From an uncultured Thermoplasmata archaeon (lineage in GTDB: Archaea; Thermoplasmatota; Thermoplasmata; Lutacidiplasmatales; UBA184), in contig CAVPSE010000005.1 in assembly GCA_963708255.1 (NCBI GenBank), forward strand, positions 94,062 to 158,061: DNA of 64,000 nucleotides, given 5' to 3'. The notes below the pieces were generated by a model. That model saw only the letters and a program-made list of their open reading frames with translations, had not been told where the DNA came from and made no database searches. Both the position numbers and the translations under genes were made by a program. Below, in pieces: positions 50,178 through 60,599 of the stretch (position 1 is the first letter of the stretch; every line of letters begins with the position of its first letter).

Positions 50178-51407
50178 GTGACGCGTTCCGTGGCGCGCCG
50201 GCGGGCTGACCCGGACCGGGCGCTTCCATCGGCCCTGCTGAGGTGGTTCTCGCACCATCGGAGGCCGTTGCCGTGGCGCATTGCTCCGGTACCGTATCGA
50301 ATCTGGGTCGCGGAGGTGATCCTTCAGCAGACCCGGGTCGCCCAGGCGATCCCCGTCTTCGAACGGTTCGTGACCCGGTTCCCCGACCTTCCCAGCCTCG
50401 CGGCCGCGGATCTCTCGGAGGTGCTCAAGGTGTGGGAGGGGGCGGGATACTATGCGCGGGCCCGCCACCTCCACGCGGCGGCCGTCGAGCTCGTCCGACA
50501 CCGTTCCGGACAACTCCCGGAGGATGTGCCGAGCCTCGAGGCCCTCCCGGGGGTGGGGCCGTACATCGCGCGCGCGGTCGCCGCGCTCGCCTTCGGCCGC
50601 CCGGTCGTGGCGCTCGAAGCGAACGGTATCCGTGTGGCGGCCCGCTGGACCCTGGAGAGGGGCGACAGCCGATCCCAGGCGGTACGACAGCGCCTCGAGG
50701 AACGGCTGTCGGCCTGGATGCCCGCCGGGTCCGCCGGGCCGTTCAATGAAGCGATCATGGAGCTGGGCGAGACGGTCTGTCTCCCGGCCGCCCCCCGATG
50801 TGGCGAGTGTCCTGTGGCAGCGTTCTGCCGTGCTCGCCAGGAGCTCAAGGATCCGTCCGAGCTGCCTCGACATCCCCTCGCCCGTCCGCGTCCCCACCAC
50901 CACGCCGCTATCGTCGCCCTCGCGTGGCGCGGCCGCTGGCTCGTCCAACCTAGGCCGCTCGAAGGCCTGCTCGGAGGGCTGTGGGAGTTCCCCGGTGGGA
51001 AGATCGAACCGGGCGAGAGGCCGGCCGAATCCGCGCGCCGCGAGCTCCGGGAGGAGACCGGGCTCGACATCCTCACCCTGAGCGCCCGGGGGATCGTCCA
51101 CCATGAGTACAGCCATTTCACGGTGGACCTCCACCTGTTCGAAGCGTCCCTCCCCGGGTCAGCCCGGCCCCGGATCGTTCCGCCCGCCGAGTGGCTCACC
51201 CCGGAGGAGTTCCGGGAACGCCCCCGGCCGATGGCGACGATCCGTGCGGTCGAGAAGCTTCGAGGGCCGGAAGTACCTTTCCCGGGTTCAGGATCCCGTC
51301 GGGGTCGCACGCCGACTTCACGGCCCTCAGGACCTCGAGACCCGGGGCGCCGACCGCCCGGCTCCACGCCTCGGCCTTTACCAGCCCGATCCCGTGTTCG
51401 GCGCTGA
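50178..51407 (+). CDS. mutY: A/G-specific adenine glycosylase with a NUDIX-like C-terminus (3' end uncertain)
   Basis: PYRIWVAEVILQQT, WEGAGYYARA, LPGVGPY, CLPAAPRCGECP, WEFPGG. Confidence 0.9.
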   Translation: MTRSVARRRADPDRALPSALLRWFSHHRRPLPWRIAPVPYRIWVAEVILQQTRVAQAIPVFERFVTRFPDLPSLAAADLSEVLKVWEGAGYYARARHLHAAAVELVRHRSGQLPEDVPSLEALPGVGPYIARAVAALAFGRPVVALEANGIRVAARWTLERGDSRSQAVRQRLEERLSAWMPAGSAGPFNEAIMELGETVCLPAAPRCGECPVAAFCRARQELKDPSELPRHPLARPRPHHHAAIVALAWRGRWLVQPRPLEGLLGGLWEFPGGKIEPGERPAESARRELREETGLDILTLSARGIVHHEYSHFTVDLHLFEASLPGSARPRIVPPAEWLTPEEFRERPRPMATIRAVEKLRGPEVPFPGSGSRRGRTPTSRPSGPRDPGRRPPGSTPRPLPARSRVRR

Positions 51408-52634
51408 GGGTCCCCCCGAGGGCGAGGGCTGCGTCCCATAGGCGGCGCCTCGCCTCCTCCCCCCGCGGTGTCCCGGGAGGGATCGCGAGGTTGGGGTGCA
51501 GGCTCCCTTCCCCGAGGTGTCCGTACACGCAGCTCACCACCCCTGCGTCGGACGCGATCCGTTCCACGACCCGAAGGAACTCGTCGATCCGCCCCAGCGG
51601 GATACCGACGTCCTCCCGGATCCGTGGTCCAAACGTCCGGTCCAGCGCCTCGCCGCTCGATCCACGCAACGTCCAGACCTGGTCCGCGTCCGGCAGTACC
51701 GAAGGGGTCCTCCGAGACCCCCGCGTCGCGGAGCATCTTCGAGAGGGCCCCGAGGCGGTGGAGCTCCTCCTCCGGGTCCCCACTCTCCACCTCGAGCAGG
51801 AGCAGGGGTCGATCGCCGGGGAGCCGGGCGCCTGGGGTGGCGGCCAGGGCGGAGGCACAGGTAGCGTCCAGGGTACTCGATGGCGCTCAATCCGTAGGTA
51901 AGGCCGCGGCCCAGCGCGGCGGCCACGCTACCGATGGAGAGAGAGGCGGGTAGCGCCGCCGCGATCACGGATCGTCGGGCCGGGGAGGGAGCGAGGCCGA
52001 CGGTGATCTCGGTGAAGATCCCCAGCGTTCCTTCGCTCCCGATCAGCATCTGCAGGAGGTCCGGGCCGGTCGATCGCTTGGCCGATCGGCCCCCGACCGT
52101 GATCGTCTCGCCGGTTCCGAGGACAACGTCGGCAGCCCGGATCCATGAGCGGGTCGGCCCGTACCGGAACGACCTCGGGCCGGACGCGTTGGTGGAGGCG
52201 TTCCCGCCGATCGAGGAGGTCCTCCACGAGCCGGGGTTGGGTGGGAAGAACAGACCGTGGGGCGCGGCCGCCTCCTGCAGCGACCGGTTCAGGACCCCGG
52301 GCCCGATCCGGCCGATGCGATCCGTGGGATCGATCTCGTGGACCGTAGTCCACCCGGACAGGTCGATGACCACCGCCCCCGGGACCGGGACCGACTCTCC
52401 GTCGAGGGAGGTGCCGCCCCCCCGGACGACGAGAGGCACCCGGTGGCGGCGCGCCCATCGGACCAGCTGCTGCACCTCGGCCGGGTCACGGGGGATCGCG
52501 CAGGCCGATGGCTGGCAGCTCAGGTGGGATCCGTCCGCGGCCACCCGCGTGAGTTGCTCCGGCCGCTCGATCAACCGGTCGCCCAGGATCGACCGAACCT
52601 CGGAGAGCGCGGCGCCATCCACACGGCACGCCAC
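51196..52634 (-). CDS. FAD-binding oxidoreductase (GlcD/D-lactate dehydrogenase-like), frameshifted twice
   Basis: RGGGTSL, SSIGGNAST, GSEGTLG, GHLGEGSLH, AEHGIG, NPGK, spread across frames. Confidence 0.85.
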
Positions 52635-52673
52635 AGGTTCGAGAGCCTTACGATTTCGGGACGAGCCTCGGGG

Positions 52674-53036
52674 TCACGGCGTCGCCGAGGGCTCGATCGC
52701 GTCGACCAGGTCGTGGACCGCGAACGGTCGCCGAAGCAGTCGGTCGATGCCGAGGCTTCGCATCTTCGCCTCAAAGGCGGGGGTCCCATCCGAGGTCAGG
52801 AGGACCACGCGCCGCTGGGGATGGCGCTTCGCGAGCCCGGCGATCTCCTCGAGCCACTTCGGGTTCTCGAGGTCCGCGTCGATGAGGAACACCGGAGCTA
52901 CGAGCTCCGCCGGGAGCTGGGCGAGGGTCTCCGGGCCGTACCCCTCCGCCACGACACGGTGGTGGTGGAGTCGTACGAGACCCCGCAGTAGCAGTCTAGT
53001 CTCGTCGCTCCCGCCCGCGATGACGACGTTCGCCAT
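52674..53036 (-). CDS. Atypical stand-alone receiver (REC-like) domain protein
   Basis: VVIAGG, FLIDAD, VVLLTS, LLRRPF: REC topology with degenerate active-site residues. Confidence 0.65.
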   Translation of the reverse strand: MANVVIAGGSDETRLLLRGLVRLHHHRVVAEGYGPETLAQLPAELVAPVFLIDADLENPKWLEEIAGLAKRHPQRRVVLLTSDGTPAFEAKMRSLGIDRLLRRPFAVHDLVDAIEPSATP

Positions 53037-53462
53037 GCCGTTCGGCCCGGCGGCCCCGGCCCCGTTCTGAGCGTCCTTGCCCCCACCCGGCGGGAGCCGA
53101 TCCGAGTCTTCCCCGGATCGTTGACGTCCACTTGGACCAAGCCCGTTCGGCCGTTCTCCTTGGCGACGAGTGGACGGGGCCCCCATTAGAACTCTGCGTT
53201 CGTCTCGATTGACCGTCTCGTTCCCGCGACGGGCGCGCGACGGCGCGATCGGTCCCCCGGCCTGGACATTTTTCACCCCCCTACCCGCCCCCAAACTATA
53301 TAGACCATCCACGGATTCTGTCTTTCGGCCTCGGGCACCGGTAGAGCGGCGCGGGTGGCAATGTCCACCAGACCCGACCCGCTCTGCCGGGGCCTTCCCG
53401 CGGTCGAATCTCTTCCGCTCGGACGATAGGTTCTTTTGAGGGGCCGGCCGGAACGAACGTCG

Positions 53463-54185
53463 ATGTCCCTCTTCGGCGGCCGCTCTCGCGCTCAGCGCGA
53501 GCATGTCTGCGCCACGCTCCGATCGCTCGGGCCTACGACGGTGGAAGGCCTCTCTGCCGCCCTTTCATGGTCCCCCCGCCGGACCGACCGGGTCCTCCGG
53601 GACGTGCAGGCGAACCCGGAGGGAGCCGCGATCCGATACGACCGGGTCGCGGGCACCGTTGCCTGGGCCCTGCCCTCCGCCCCGTCTGCTCCGGCCGGCA
53701 CTCCAGGCTCCCCGCGGCCGTCGGGACCCACCCCTGCCACCCCGGCGCTTCCCAAATCTTGGGGGGCGTCCCCGAAGTGTGCGTCGTGCCAGATCGCGCT
53801 CGAGCCCACGGGGACCGGCGGGATGTTCTGCCCCCACTGCGGCCGGCTCGCTCCGGCCGTGGCGAGCTCGCGGACCTCGACCCCCTCGTCGTCCGCCGTT
53901 ACCGCTCCCACCCCGCCGCCACGCTCGGTCCCGGCCCCCGCGGTCTCTCCGACCGCCGCCTCCGACCGTCGCGCGCAGGAGATGTTCGCGGCCTGGGTGA
54001 CGGCGAGCCCGATCCCGTGCCCGAAATGCCGCACGCCCCTGCGGCACCGGGGCGTCGCGTCGTATGGGTGCCCGGCGTGCGGGGCCCAGATCGCGTTCGA
54101 GCGGTCGAAGGGGGTCCCCACGGCGACGAACTCCGTGACGTCCGCTACCTCGGGTCCGTCCGGCCCCTCCGGGCCGACCCTCTGA
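53463..54185 (+). CDS. HTH plus double zinc-ribbon protein
   Basis: N-terminal wHTH-like segment; CASC/CPHC and CPKC/CPAC separated by Pro/Ser/Thr linkers. Confidence 0.6.
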   Translation: MSLFGGRSRAQREHVCATLRSLGPTTVEGLSAALSWSPRRTDRVLRDVQANPEGAAIRYDRVAGTVAWALPSAPSAPAGTPGSPRPSGPTPATPALPKSWGASPKCASCQIALEPTGTGGMFCPHCGRLAPAVASSRTSTPSSSAVTAPTPPPRSVPAPAVSPTAASDRRAQEMFAAWVTASPIPCPKCRTPLRHRGVASYGCPACGAQIAFERSKGVPTATNSVTSATSGPSGPSGPTL

Positions 54186-55719
54186 ACCGGCGCGAGAACG
54201 GGACGTCCGACCGGACCCGGCGGACGAGCCGCCCATCGGCGAGCGCGGCCGTGACCCACTCGATGTCCGGGGCCGGGGACCGGTCCTTCCCCCACGGCTT
54301 CACGCCCTCCCGCAGGGCCCGAAGCGCGGCCTCGCTGCCCCGGCCGCCGTGCAACGGGTGCCGGAGCTCGAGCGCCTGGCCTGCGACGAGCCACTCGATG
54401 GCGATGACCGTGCGGGCGTTCGTGATCATGTGGCGGAGCTTGGCGCCGGCCCACGGGCCCATGCTGACGTAATCCTCCTGGTCGGCGGAGGTAGGAAGGC
54501 TGGCCGCGCTGGCCGGGTGGACGAGGGTCTGGTTCTCGTTCACCAGCGCGGCGGCGACGTACTGGGGGATCATGAACCCCGAGCTCACGCCGGCCTCGGG
54601 GGCCAGGAACGGGGGCAACCCCCGGTTGAGGGCCGGATGGACGAGGCGCGCGATCCGGCGCTCGGAGAACCCGGCGAGGTACTGGACGGCGATGGCGAGG
54701 GTGTCGAGCGCGAGGGCGAGGCTTTGGCCGTGGAAGTTCCCGCCGCTGACGAACTCGTCCCCCTCGAAGATCACCGGGTTGTCGGAGACGGCGTTCAGCT
54801 CGGCGGTCGCGATCTTCGTGGCGAAGCCGAGAGCAAGCCGAACGGAGGCGAGCACCTGGGGCAGGCAGCGGAGAGTGTACGGGTCCTGGCCGGCCGTTTC
54901 CCCTCGGTCCACCGTGAGCTGGCTCTCCGCCAGGAGGGCGCGGAAGACGGCCGCCTCCTCCCGCTGTTCCGGGAGGTTCTTGAGGGCGGCGAGGCGATCG
55001 TCGAGGGCCCCGGGATGGCCCTTCAGGGCGTCGAAGGAGAGAGCAGCCGCGACCTCGGCGGCGGAGAGGAGTCCCCGGACATCCTCGATGGCGAGCGCGA
55101 GGTAGCTCGCCATGAGCGAGGTCCCGTTGACCAGGGCGACCCCCTCTTTCTCCTGCAGGACGAGGGGAGAGATGCCGGCCGCGGCGAGACCGTCGGCCGC
55201 AGGCTGACGGGACCCATCGGGGCGCACGAACGCCCCCTCACCGAGCAGCGCGAGGCTGAGGTGGGCGAGCGGCGCCAGGTCGCCCGAGGCACCGACCGAG
55301 CCCTGCTCGGGGACCCAGGGCACCAGCCGGTGGTTCAGGACATCGACGAGGGTCTCGAGGAGCTCGATCCGGACCCCCGAGTGGCCCTTGGTGAGCGAAT
55401 TGAGGCGGAGAAGGAGCATCCCCCGGACCACGTCGGCCGGGAGCGGGGCCCCGACGCCGCTCGAATGGCTCCGCACGAGCGAGACCTGGAGCTCCCGCGC
55501 AGCCTCCGGCGGGACCACCTTCTCCGAGAGGCTCCCGAACCCGGTCGTGACGCCATAGACGATCCGGTGCTTCTCGACGGCCCGCTCGACCGCCCGCCGG
55601 CTCGCCGATACCTTCGGCCGGGCCTCCGAGGCGATCCCGACCGCGCACCCGCCCCGGGCGACGGCGAGGAACTGGTCCAGCGTGAGGGACTCGCCGTCCA
55701 CGGGGAGCGACTCGGTCAT
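54145..55719 (-). CDS. hutH: Histidine ammonia-lyase
   Basis: YGVTTGFG, GSVGASGDLAPL (MIO), QDPYTLRC, GGNFHG, QEDYVSMG. Confidence 0.95.
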   Translation of the reverse strand: MTESLPVDGESLTLDQFLAVARGGCAVGIASEARPKVSASRRAVERAVEKHRIVYGVTTGFGSLSEKVVPPEAARELQVSLVRSHSSGVGAPLPADVVRGMLLLRLNSLTKGHSGVRIELLETLVDVLNHRLVPWVPEQGSVGASGDLAPLAHLSLALLGEGAFVRPDGSRQPAADGLAAAGISPLVLQEKEGVALVNGTSLMASYLALAIEDVRGLLSAAEVAAALSFDALKGHPGALDDRLAALKNLPEQREEAAVFRALLAESQLTVDRGETAGQDPYTLRCLPQVLASVRLALGFATKIATAELNAVSDNPVIFEGDEFVSGGNFHGQSLALALDTLAIAVQYLAGFSERRIARLVHPALNRGLPPFLAPEAGVSSGFMIPQYVAAALVNENQTLVHPASAASLPTSADQEDYVSMGPWAGAKLRHMITNARTVIAIEWLVAGQALELRHPLHGGRGSEAALRALREGVKPWGKDRSPAPDIEWVTAALADGRLVRRVRSDVPFSRRFRGSARRGRTDPR

Positions 55720-55781
55720 TTTAGCCCCGAGGGAACGGCAAGCGTCGGAGGAGTTCCGGCCCGGATGGCCGCGTCGAACGC

Positions 55782-56315
55782 CTACGCGGGCACCGGGTAG
55801 ACGATCTCGCCACCGGATTTCTGCATCGACGGCTGGCGCCGGGTGGTGGCGCCCTTCGACTTCCAGAACATCTCCGCGATCGCCTGGACCTGGGCGAGGA
55901 GGTCCTGGGCATCGGCGAGGTTGGTCCCCTGCCGCGCCTTCGAGGCGGCCTTCATCGCCTTCCAGAACGCCTCGTGCAGCGTGGGGAACTGCTTCGCGTG
56001 GTCGGGGGTGAAGTAGTCACCCCAGAGGACCCGGAGCTCGGCCTTCACGCGCTCGGAGTGCGACTCCTTGACCACGATGTACCGGTCGAGCTTCGCCTGG
56101 TAGGCGGTCCACTCCTCGGGCTTCGAGGTTGGGCCCGGCATGGGGAGCTCCGCGATCAGTTGGTCCATCCGAACGACCGTCAGGGCCGAGATCTGGGCCT
56201 CATGGGGGTCATAAATGCCGCAAGGTATGTCGCAGTGAGCGTACACGGGCGTCGGGGGAAGGAGGGCGTCCACGACGGATTGGGTCGCTGCTCGGAGGCG
56301 GGTGCTCGCCGACAT
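55782..56315 (-). CDS. sodN: Nickel superoxide dismutase precursor
   Basis: Propeptide ending VYA followed by the Ni-hook HCDIPCGIYDP; VLWGDYF; FWKSK. Confidence 0.93.
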   Translation of the reverse strand: MSASTRLRAATQSVVDALLPPTPVYAHCDIPCGIYDPHEAQISALTVVRMDQLIAELPMPGPTSKPEEWTAYQAKLDRYIVVKESHSERVKAELRVLWGDYFTPDHAKQFPTLHEAFWKAMKAASKARQGTNLADAQDLLAQVQAIAEMFWKSKGATTRRQPSMQKSGGEIVYPVPA

Positions 56316-56345
56316 GGGCCTTGCACCTCCGCGCGGAGCATAAAG

Positions 56346-56832
56346 ATGCCGGGGTTCGACGCGGGTTCGACGCCGCCGGCGCTCGGCGCCTTCGGCCGGT
56401 TGGCCCGGCGGCTCCGGAGCCGTCGGTTGGTGGTGCAGGACCGGAGCATGGAACCCGAGTTCCGGCCCGGAGACCGCCTGCTCCTGGACCCGGCCGCCTA
56501 CCGGTCCAACGATCCTGCCTACGGGGACGTGGTCGTCGTCGAAGACCCGTTCGATATGGAACGGTTCCTCCTGAAGCGGGTCGCGGGGCTCCCGGGGGAC
56601 TACATTCGTGTGACCGCCAACGGCGCCGAGCGCCGGACCGGACCGCCCTCAGAGGGGGCCCCGCCCGGAGCCCTCGAGGAGTTCCACATCCCTCCATCGC
56701 AGGTACTTTGTCCTCTCCGACCGGACCTACCGGACCCGCGACAGCCGCCAGTTCGGCCCCGTGGCCCGCCAGAGGGTCGTCGGGCGGGTCTGGAAGCGGA
56801 CCTTCCCCCCGGACCGGGTCCGGGAGCTCTAG
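56346..56832 (+). CDS. sodX: S26-family peptidase, Ni-SOD maturation protease, frameshift near 56705
   Basis: SMEP, GDRLL, GDVVV, LKRVAGLPGD, DSRQFGPV; divergent from sodN. Confidence 0.8.
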
Positions 56833-56893
56833 GGCCCTACCGACCCAGGAGCCGCGGAGAGACGTTAAATCGATGTGGTATTCCCACACATCG

Positions 56894-57987
56894 ATGGCCT
56901 CCCCCGCCGTGATCGCCGTGGTCGTGATCCTCGTCGCCGCCGGCGCCGGCGGTCTCGGGTTCGTCGCCGGCTACGAGGTACAAGACCTCCCCCGCCAACT
57001 CCCCGGCCACCGTCGAGAACTCCACCCTGAGCGTCCTCGCCGCCGGCACGCTCAACACCCTGTTCCCCCAGATAGCGAACGAACTGGTCAACGAGACGCC
57101 CGGGCATCTCGGCCCCCACGTCCACCCAGACGTACGAGGGATCGCTCGACGTCACCACGGCCATCACCTCGCTGAACACCCTCGCCGATGTGGCGGCGGT
57201 GGCCGACTTCCGGCTGCTCCCCCACACCGTGGAGCCCCAGTACGCGGGCTACGAGGTCGTGTTCGGGGCGACCCCTGAAGTTCTCGTCTACAACCAGTCC
57301 CTGAGCGCGTTCGACGGGGTCAACACGACCAACTGGGCGGAGAAGCTCGTCAACGACGTGACCACCCCCGGCAACAAGCCCATGGCGGTCTGGAACGCCT
57401 CCACAGACCCGAACGGCTACAACGAGATATTCAGCCTCGAGCTCCAGGGAATGCTGTACAACCACAGCTCGACCCTGTTCTACGGCTCCCTCTACGGTGG
57501 TGACTCCGGGGTCCCGGCGGTCCCCGACCCGGCGACCACGATCCTCGAGAAGGAGTCCCAGGCCTCGACCCTGCTCAAGACCGGGGTCGTCTCCGCGTTC
57601 ATCACATACCGTTCGTATGCCGTCGTGAACCATCTGCCGTTCGTCGCGTTCGACCCGATCGTCGGCCTCGCGGCGAACAACTCGACGGCGCTCGCGGACT
57701 ACGCGACCCTCTCGACGACGATCCTCGCCTCCACAGGGACCGACACGATGGTCGTCCCGGCGCCGATCCTGTTCGCGGTCACCGTGCCGTCGAACGCGCC
57801 GAACCCCGCCCTCGGAGCCGCGTTCATCCATCTTCTGCTCTCTCCCCAGGGGGCCGCGATCCTGTCGGCGGGTGGCGCGTTCACCCCGATATTCCCCGGC
57901 TGGGTGGACGTGCCAAGCGCCGTCCCCCCGATCCTGGCACCGGATACGACCGGGCTACCATCATGGGCGAGCCCGTTCGTCGCCTGA
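56894..57987 (+). CDS. Tungstate/molybdate ABC transporter substrate-binding protein (WtpA-like), two frameshifts
   Basis: TM anchor, VLAAGTL, YEGSL, DVAAVAD, DPNGY, YRSYA, PILFAVTVP. Confidence 0.8.
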
Positions 57988-58871
57988 CCGGGGGTCCCGG
58001 AGGACCCGACCCCGGGACACCGATCCATCGGTGGCGGACCGGCCCCCTCTGGTTGGGCCTCCAGCTCGCGCTGTCGGGCTCCCTGCTCCTCCTGTTCCTT
58101 CTCCCCCTCGCCGCGCTGTTCACCTACGCCCCGATCGGCCGGATCTTCTCGTCGGCTGGCAACGGCGCCGTCCGCGCCGCCCTCTGGCTCACGTTCTTCT
58201 CATCGGGACTGGCCGTCCTCGCGGCGGTCGTCTTCGGGATCCCGATGGGGTACCTGCTCGCCCGCCGCAGGTTCCGGGGTCGCTCGGTCGTGGAGTCGGT
58301 CGTGACGCTCCCCGTGGTCGTCCCCCACCTCCTGGTCGGGCTCGGCCTCTTTCTGCTGTTGATCCCGGGTACCCCACTCTACCGGTTCACCCAGGCGATC
58401 GGATTCCCGGTCTACGACACGATCTGGGGCGTCGTGCTCGTGATGGTGTTCGTCAGCGCCCCCTATACCGTCCTCGCGAGCGAGCTGTCGTTTCGAGCCG
58501 TGGACGAACGGGTCCTCGAGGCGGCCCGCTCCCTCGGCGCCGGCCCTGCGACGGCGTTCCTGACCGTCACCTTCCCGCTCGCGCTCCGGGGGATCGTCGC
58601 GGGCCTCCTGCTCTCCTGGGCCCGGGCGGTGAGCGAGATCGGGGGGCTGTTGATCCTCGCCTACGCGGTCTACCCCGCAGGCCCCTACAACGGTCCGGTC
58701 ACGTCGACGGTCTCGGTGTACATCTACGACCTCTTCCAGTTCGGGGACCTCTCCGACGCGGCCGCCGTGAGCTCGCTGTTCCTCATCCTTGCGTTCGCGC
58801 TGTTCCTGCTGGTACGGATCGGCGAACGCTCCGGCTGGGTCCCATGGCGCCGGGGGGAGCTCGCCCCATGA
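57963..58871 (+). CDS. Tungstate/molybdate ABC permease (WtpB/ModB-like)
   Basis: GIPMGYLLAR, LPVVVPH, EAARSLGA, SWARAVSE. Confidence 0.88.
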   Translation: MGEPVRRLTGGPGGPDPGTPIHRWRTGPLWLGLQLALSGSLLLLFLLPLAALFTYAPIGRIFSSAGNGAVRAALWLTFFSSGLAVLAAVVFGIPMGYLLARRRFRGRSVVESVVTLPVVVPHLLVGLGLFLLLIPGTPLYRFTQAIGFPVYDTIWGVVLVMVFVSAPYTVLASELSFRAVDERVLEAARSLGAGPATAFLTVTFPLALRGIVAGLLLSWARAVSEIGGLLILAYAVYPAGPYNGPVTSTVSVYIYDLFQFGDLSDAAAVSSLFLILAFALFLLVRIGERSGWVPWRRGELAP

Positions 58872-59910
58872 GCCCGGAGTGGCGGGTCGAGGGCCTCGAG
58901 AGCGGGCTCACGGGGTTCCACCTGGGACCGATCGACCTCGCCCTCGCTCCCGGCCACGCGGTGGCCGTCCTGGGAACCTCCGGGGCCGGGAAGACCACAT
59001 TGCTTCGGACCCTGGCGGGGTTCCTCCCCGCCCGCCACGGGCGGATCTATCGGGACGGCACCGACATCACCGACTGGCCGCCCGAGGAACGGGGGCTCGG
59101 GTACGTCCCCCAGGGGCTCGGCCTGCTTCCCCACCGAACCGTCGAGGGGAACCTCCGGTACCCGATGGAGGTCCGGGGTCGGCCGGACGCGGCCCTCCGC
59201 GCGAGCGAGCTCCTCGACCGGTTCCGCCTGCGACCGCTTGCCCGACGATACCCCGCCCGGCTGAGCGGGGGGAGCAGCAGCGGGTCGCGATCGCCCGGGC
59301 CCTCGCCGCGGACCCGGGTCTCATCGTCTTCGACGAGCCTTGGCAGGGGCTCGATGTCATCGCCCGGTACCAGCTCACCCAGGTCCTCCACGAGCTCCGG
59401 GCCACCGAACGGGTGCCGATGGTCTTAGTGACCCACGACGCGGCGCTGGCGTTCTCCATCGCCGACTCGTTCCTCGTGCTCCGCCAGGGCCGGGTCGGCG
59501 CCCACTGCGATGCGTCGGAGCTGCTCCGGGCCCCGACCGATCCGTTCTCGGCACGTTTTGTGGGGTTCGAGAACGTGTACGATCTCTCCTCGCTCTCGGA
59601 AAGCCCTGCGGGATCCCTCCGCGCCTGGCTGCGGGGGCACGCTGCCTCGGAAGGGGTGGCGTTCACCAGCCCGTCCATGGGGTCAGGGTCGGGGGTGGGC
59701 CCACAATGGGAGGGGGTCGTGCGGAGCGCCCGGCCGAGCCCGCAGGGGCTCACGGTGGAGGTCGTGACCGACGACCTCTTGGTCACGCTCCGGGTGCCAC
59801 CGCCGGTGACGCCGCCCCTCCCGGCCCTCGGCGAGCGGATCAGGTTCACGATCGACCCGGCGACGCTCCAACCACTGGGGGCGGGCCGACCGGGGTCCCC
59901 CGGAGCGTGA
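58868..59910 (+). CDS. ABC transporter ATP-binding protein (WtpC/ModC-like), frameshift near 59270
   Basis: GTSGAGKTT, LSGGE(QQR), FDEP, VTHD. Confidence 0.85.
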
Positions 59911-60599
59911 CGATGCGGCAACGGGTCGTCACGGACACCGACATTGCCCTCCTGCGATCGCTCGCCCTCGAGCGGTCGGTGGTGGCCGCCAGCCGGCGCG
60001 TGGGGATCTCGAGGGACCGGGCCACGTACCGGATCGCCCGGCTCGAGGATGCCGTGGGCGGTCCCGTCGTGCGCAGCGTTCGGGGCGGCCGGGGGCACGG
60101 CAGCACCCGCCTCACCCCCCTCGGGGATCGGATCGTGCGCGACGGGTTCGACTCGGTCGAGCTTCTCGACCCGCGCCCGGCCGGCCCCGCGACCCGGTCC
60201 AACGTTCTCTCCGGCGTGTACCACCGACGTCCCTTCCCGGAGGTCGACCTCGGACGGGGACTGAAGATCCGGGTGGCCTTCGACGCGGAGGAGAAAGAGC
60301 CCGTCACGGTGCTCCTCGGCCCCGAATCGATCCTCGTGGCGCCGCGCAGGTTCGCCTCCAGCGCCCGGAACGTGTTCCGGGCGACGGTCGACGAGGTGGT
60401 GCGAAGCTCGGGGTCGCTCGGTGCCACCCTGGTGGCCCGCGTCGGGCTCCGGCGCCTCCGGATCGGGGTCACGGAGGAGTCGGTCCGCCAGCTCCGCCTG
60501 GTCCGGGGCGCCCGGGTCTGGCTCTACGTGAAGGCGACCGCGGTACGGCGCCGGGGGCGCTCTCCCGGGTCTCCTACTCGCGGATCCCCTCGGTCGTGA
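59907..60599 (+). CDS. ModE-like regulator (HTH plus TOBE domain)
   Basis: [39 protein letters not shown]. Confidence 0.8.
   Translation: MTMRQRVVTDTDIALLRSLALERSVVAASRRVGISRDRATYRIARLEDAVGGPVVRSVRGGRGHGSTRLTPLGDRIVRDGFDSVELLDPRPAGPATRSNVLSGVYHRRPFPEVDLGRGLKIRVAFDAEEKEPVTVLLGPESILVAPRRFASSARNVFRATVDEVVRSSGSLGATLVARVGLRRLRIGVTEESVRQLRLVRGARVWLYVKATAVRRRGRSPGSPTRGSPRS

Noticed and set aside
51196-51407. 211-nt convergent overlap of mutY and the FAD oxidase
   Set aside because: Both tails are low-complexity extensions past the conserved ends; likely read-through caused by an indel.
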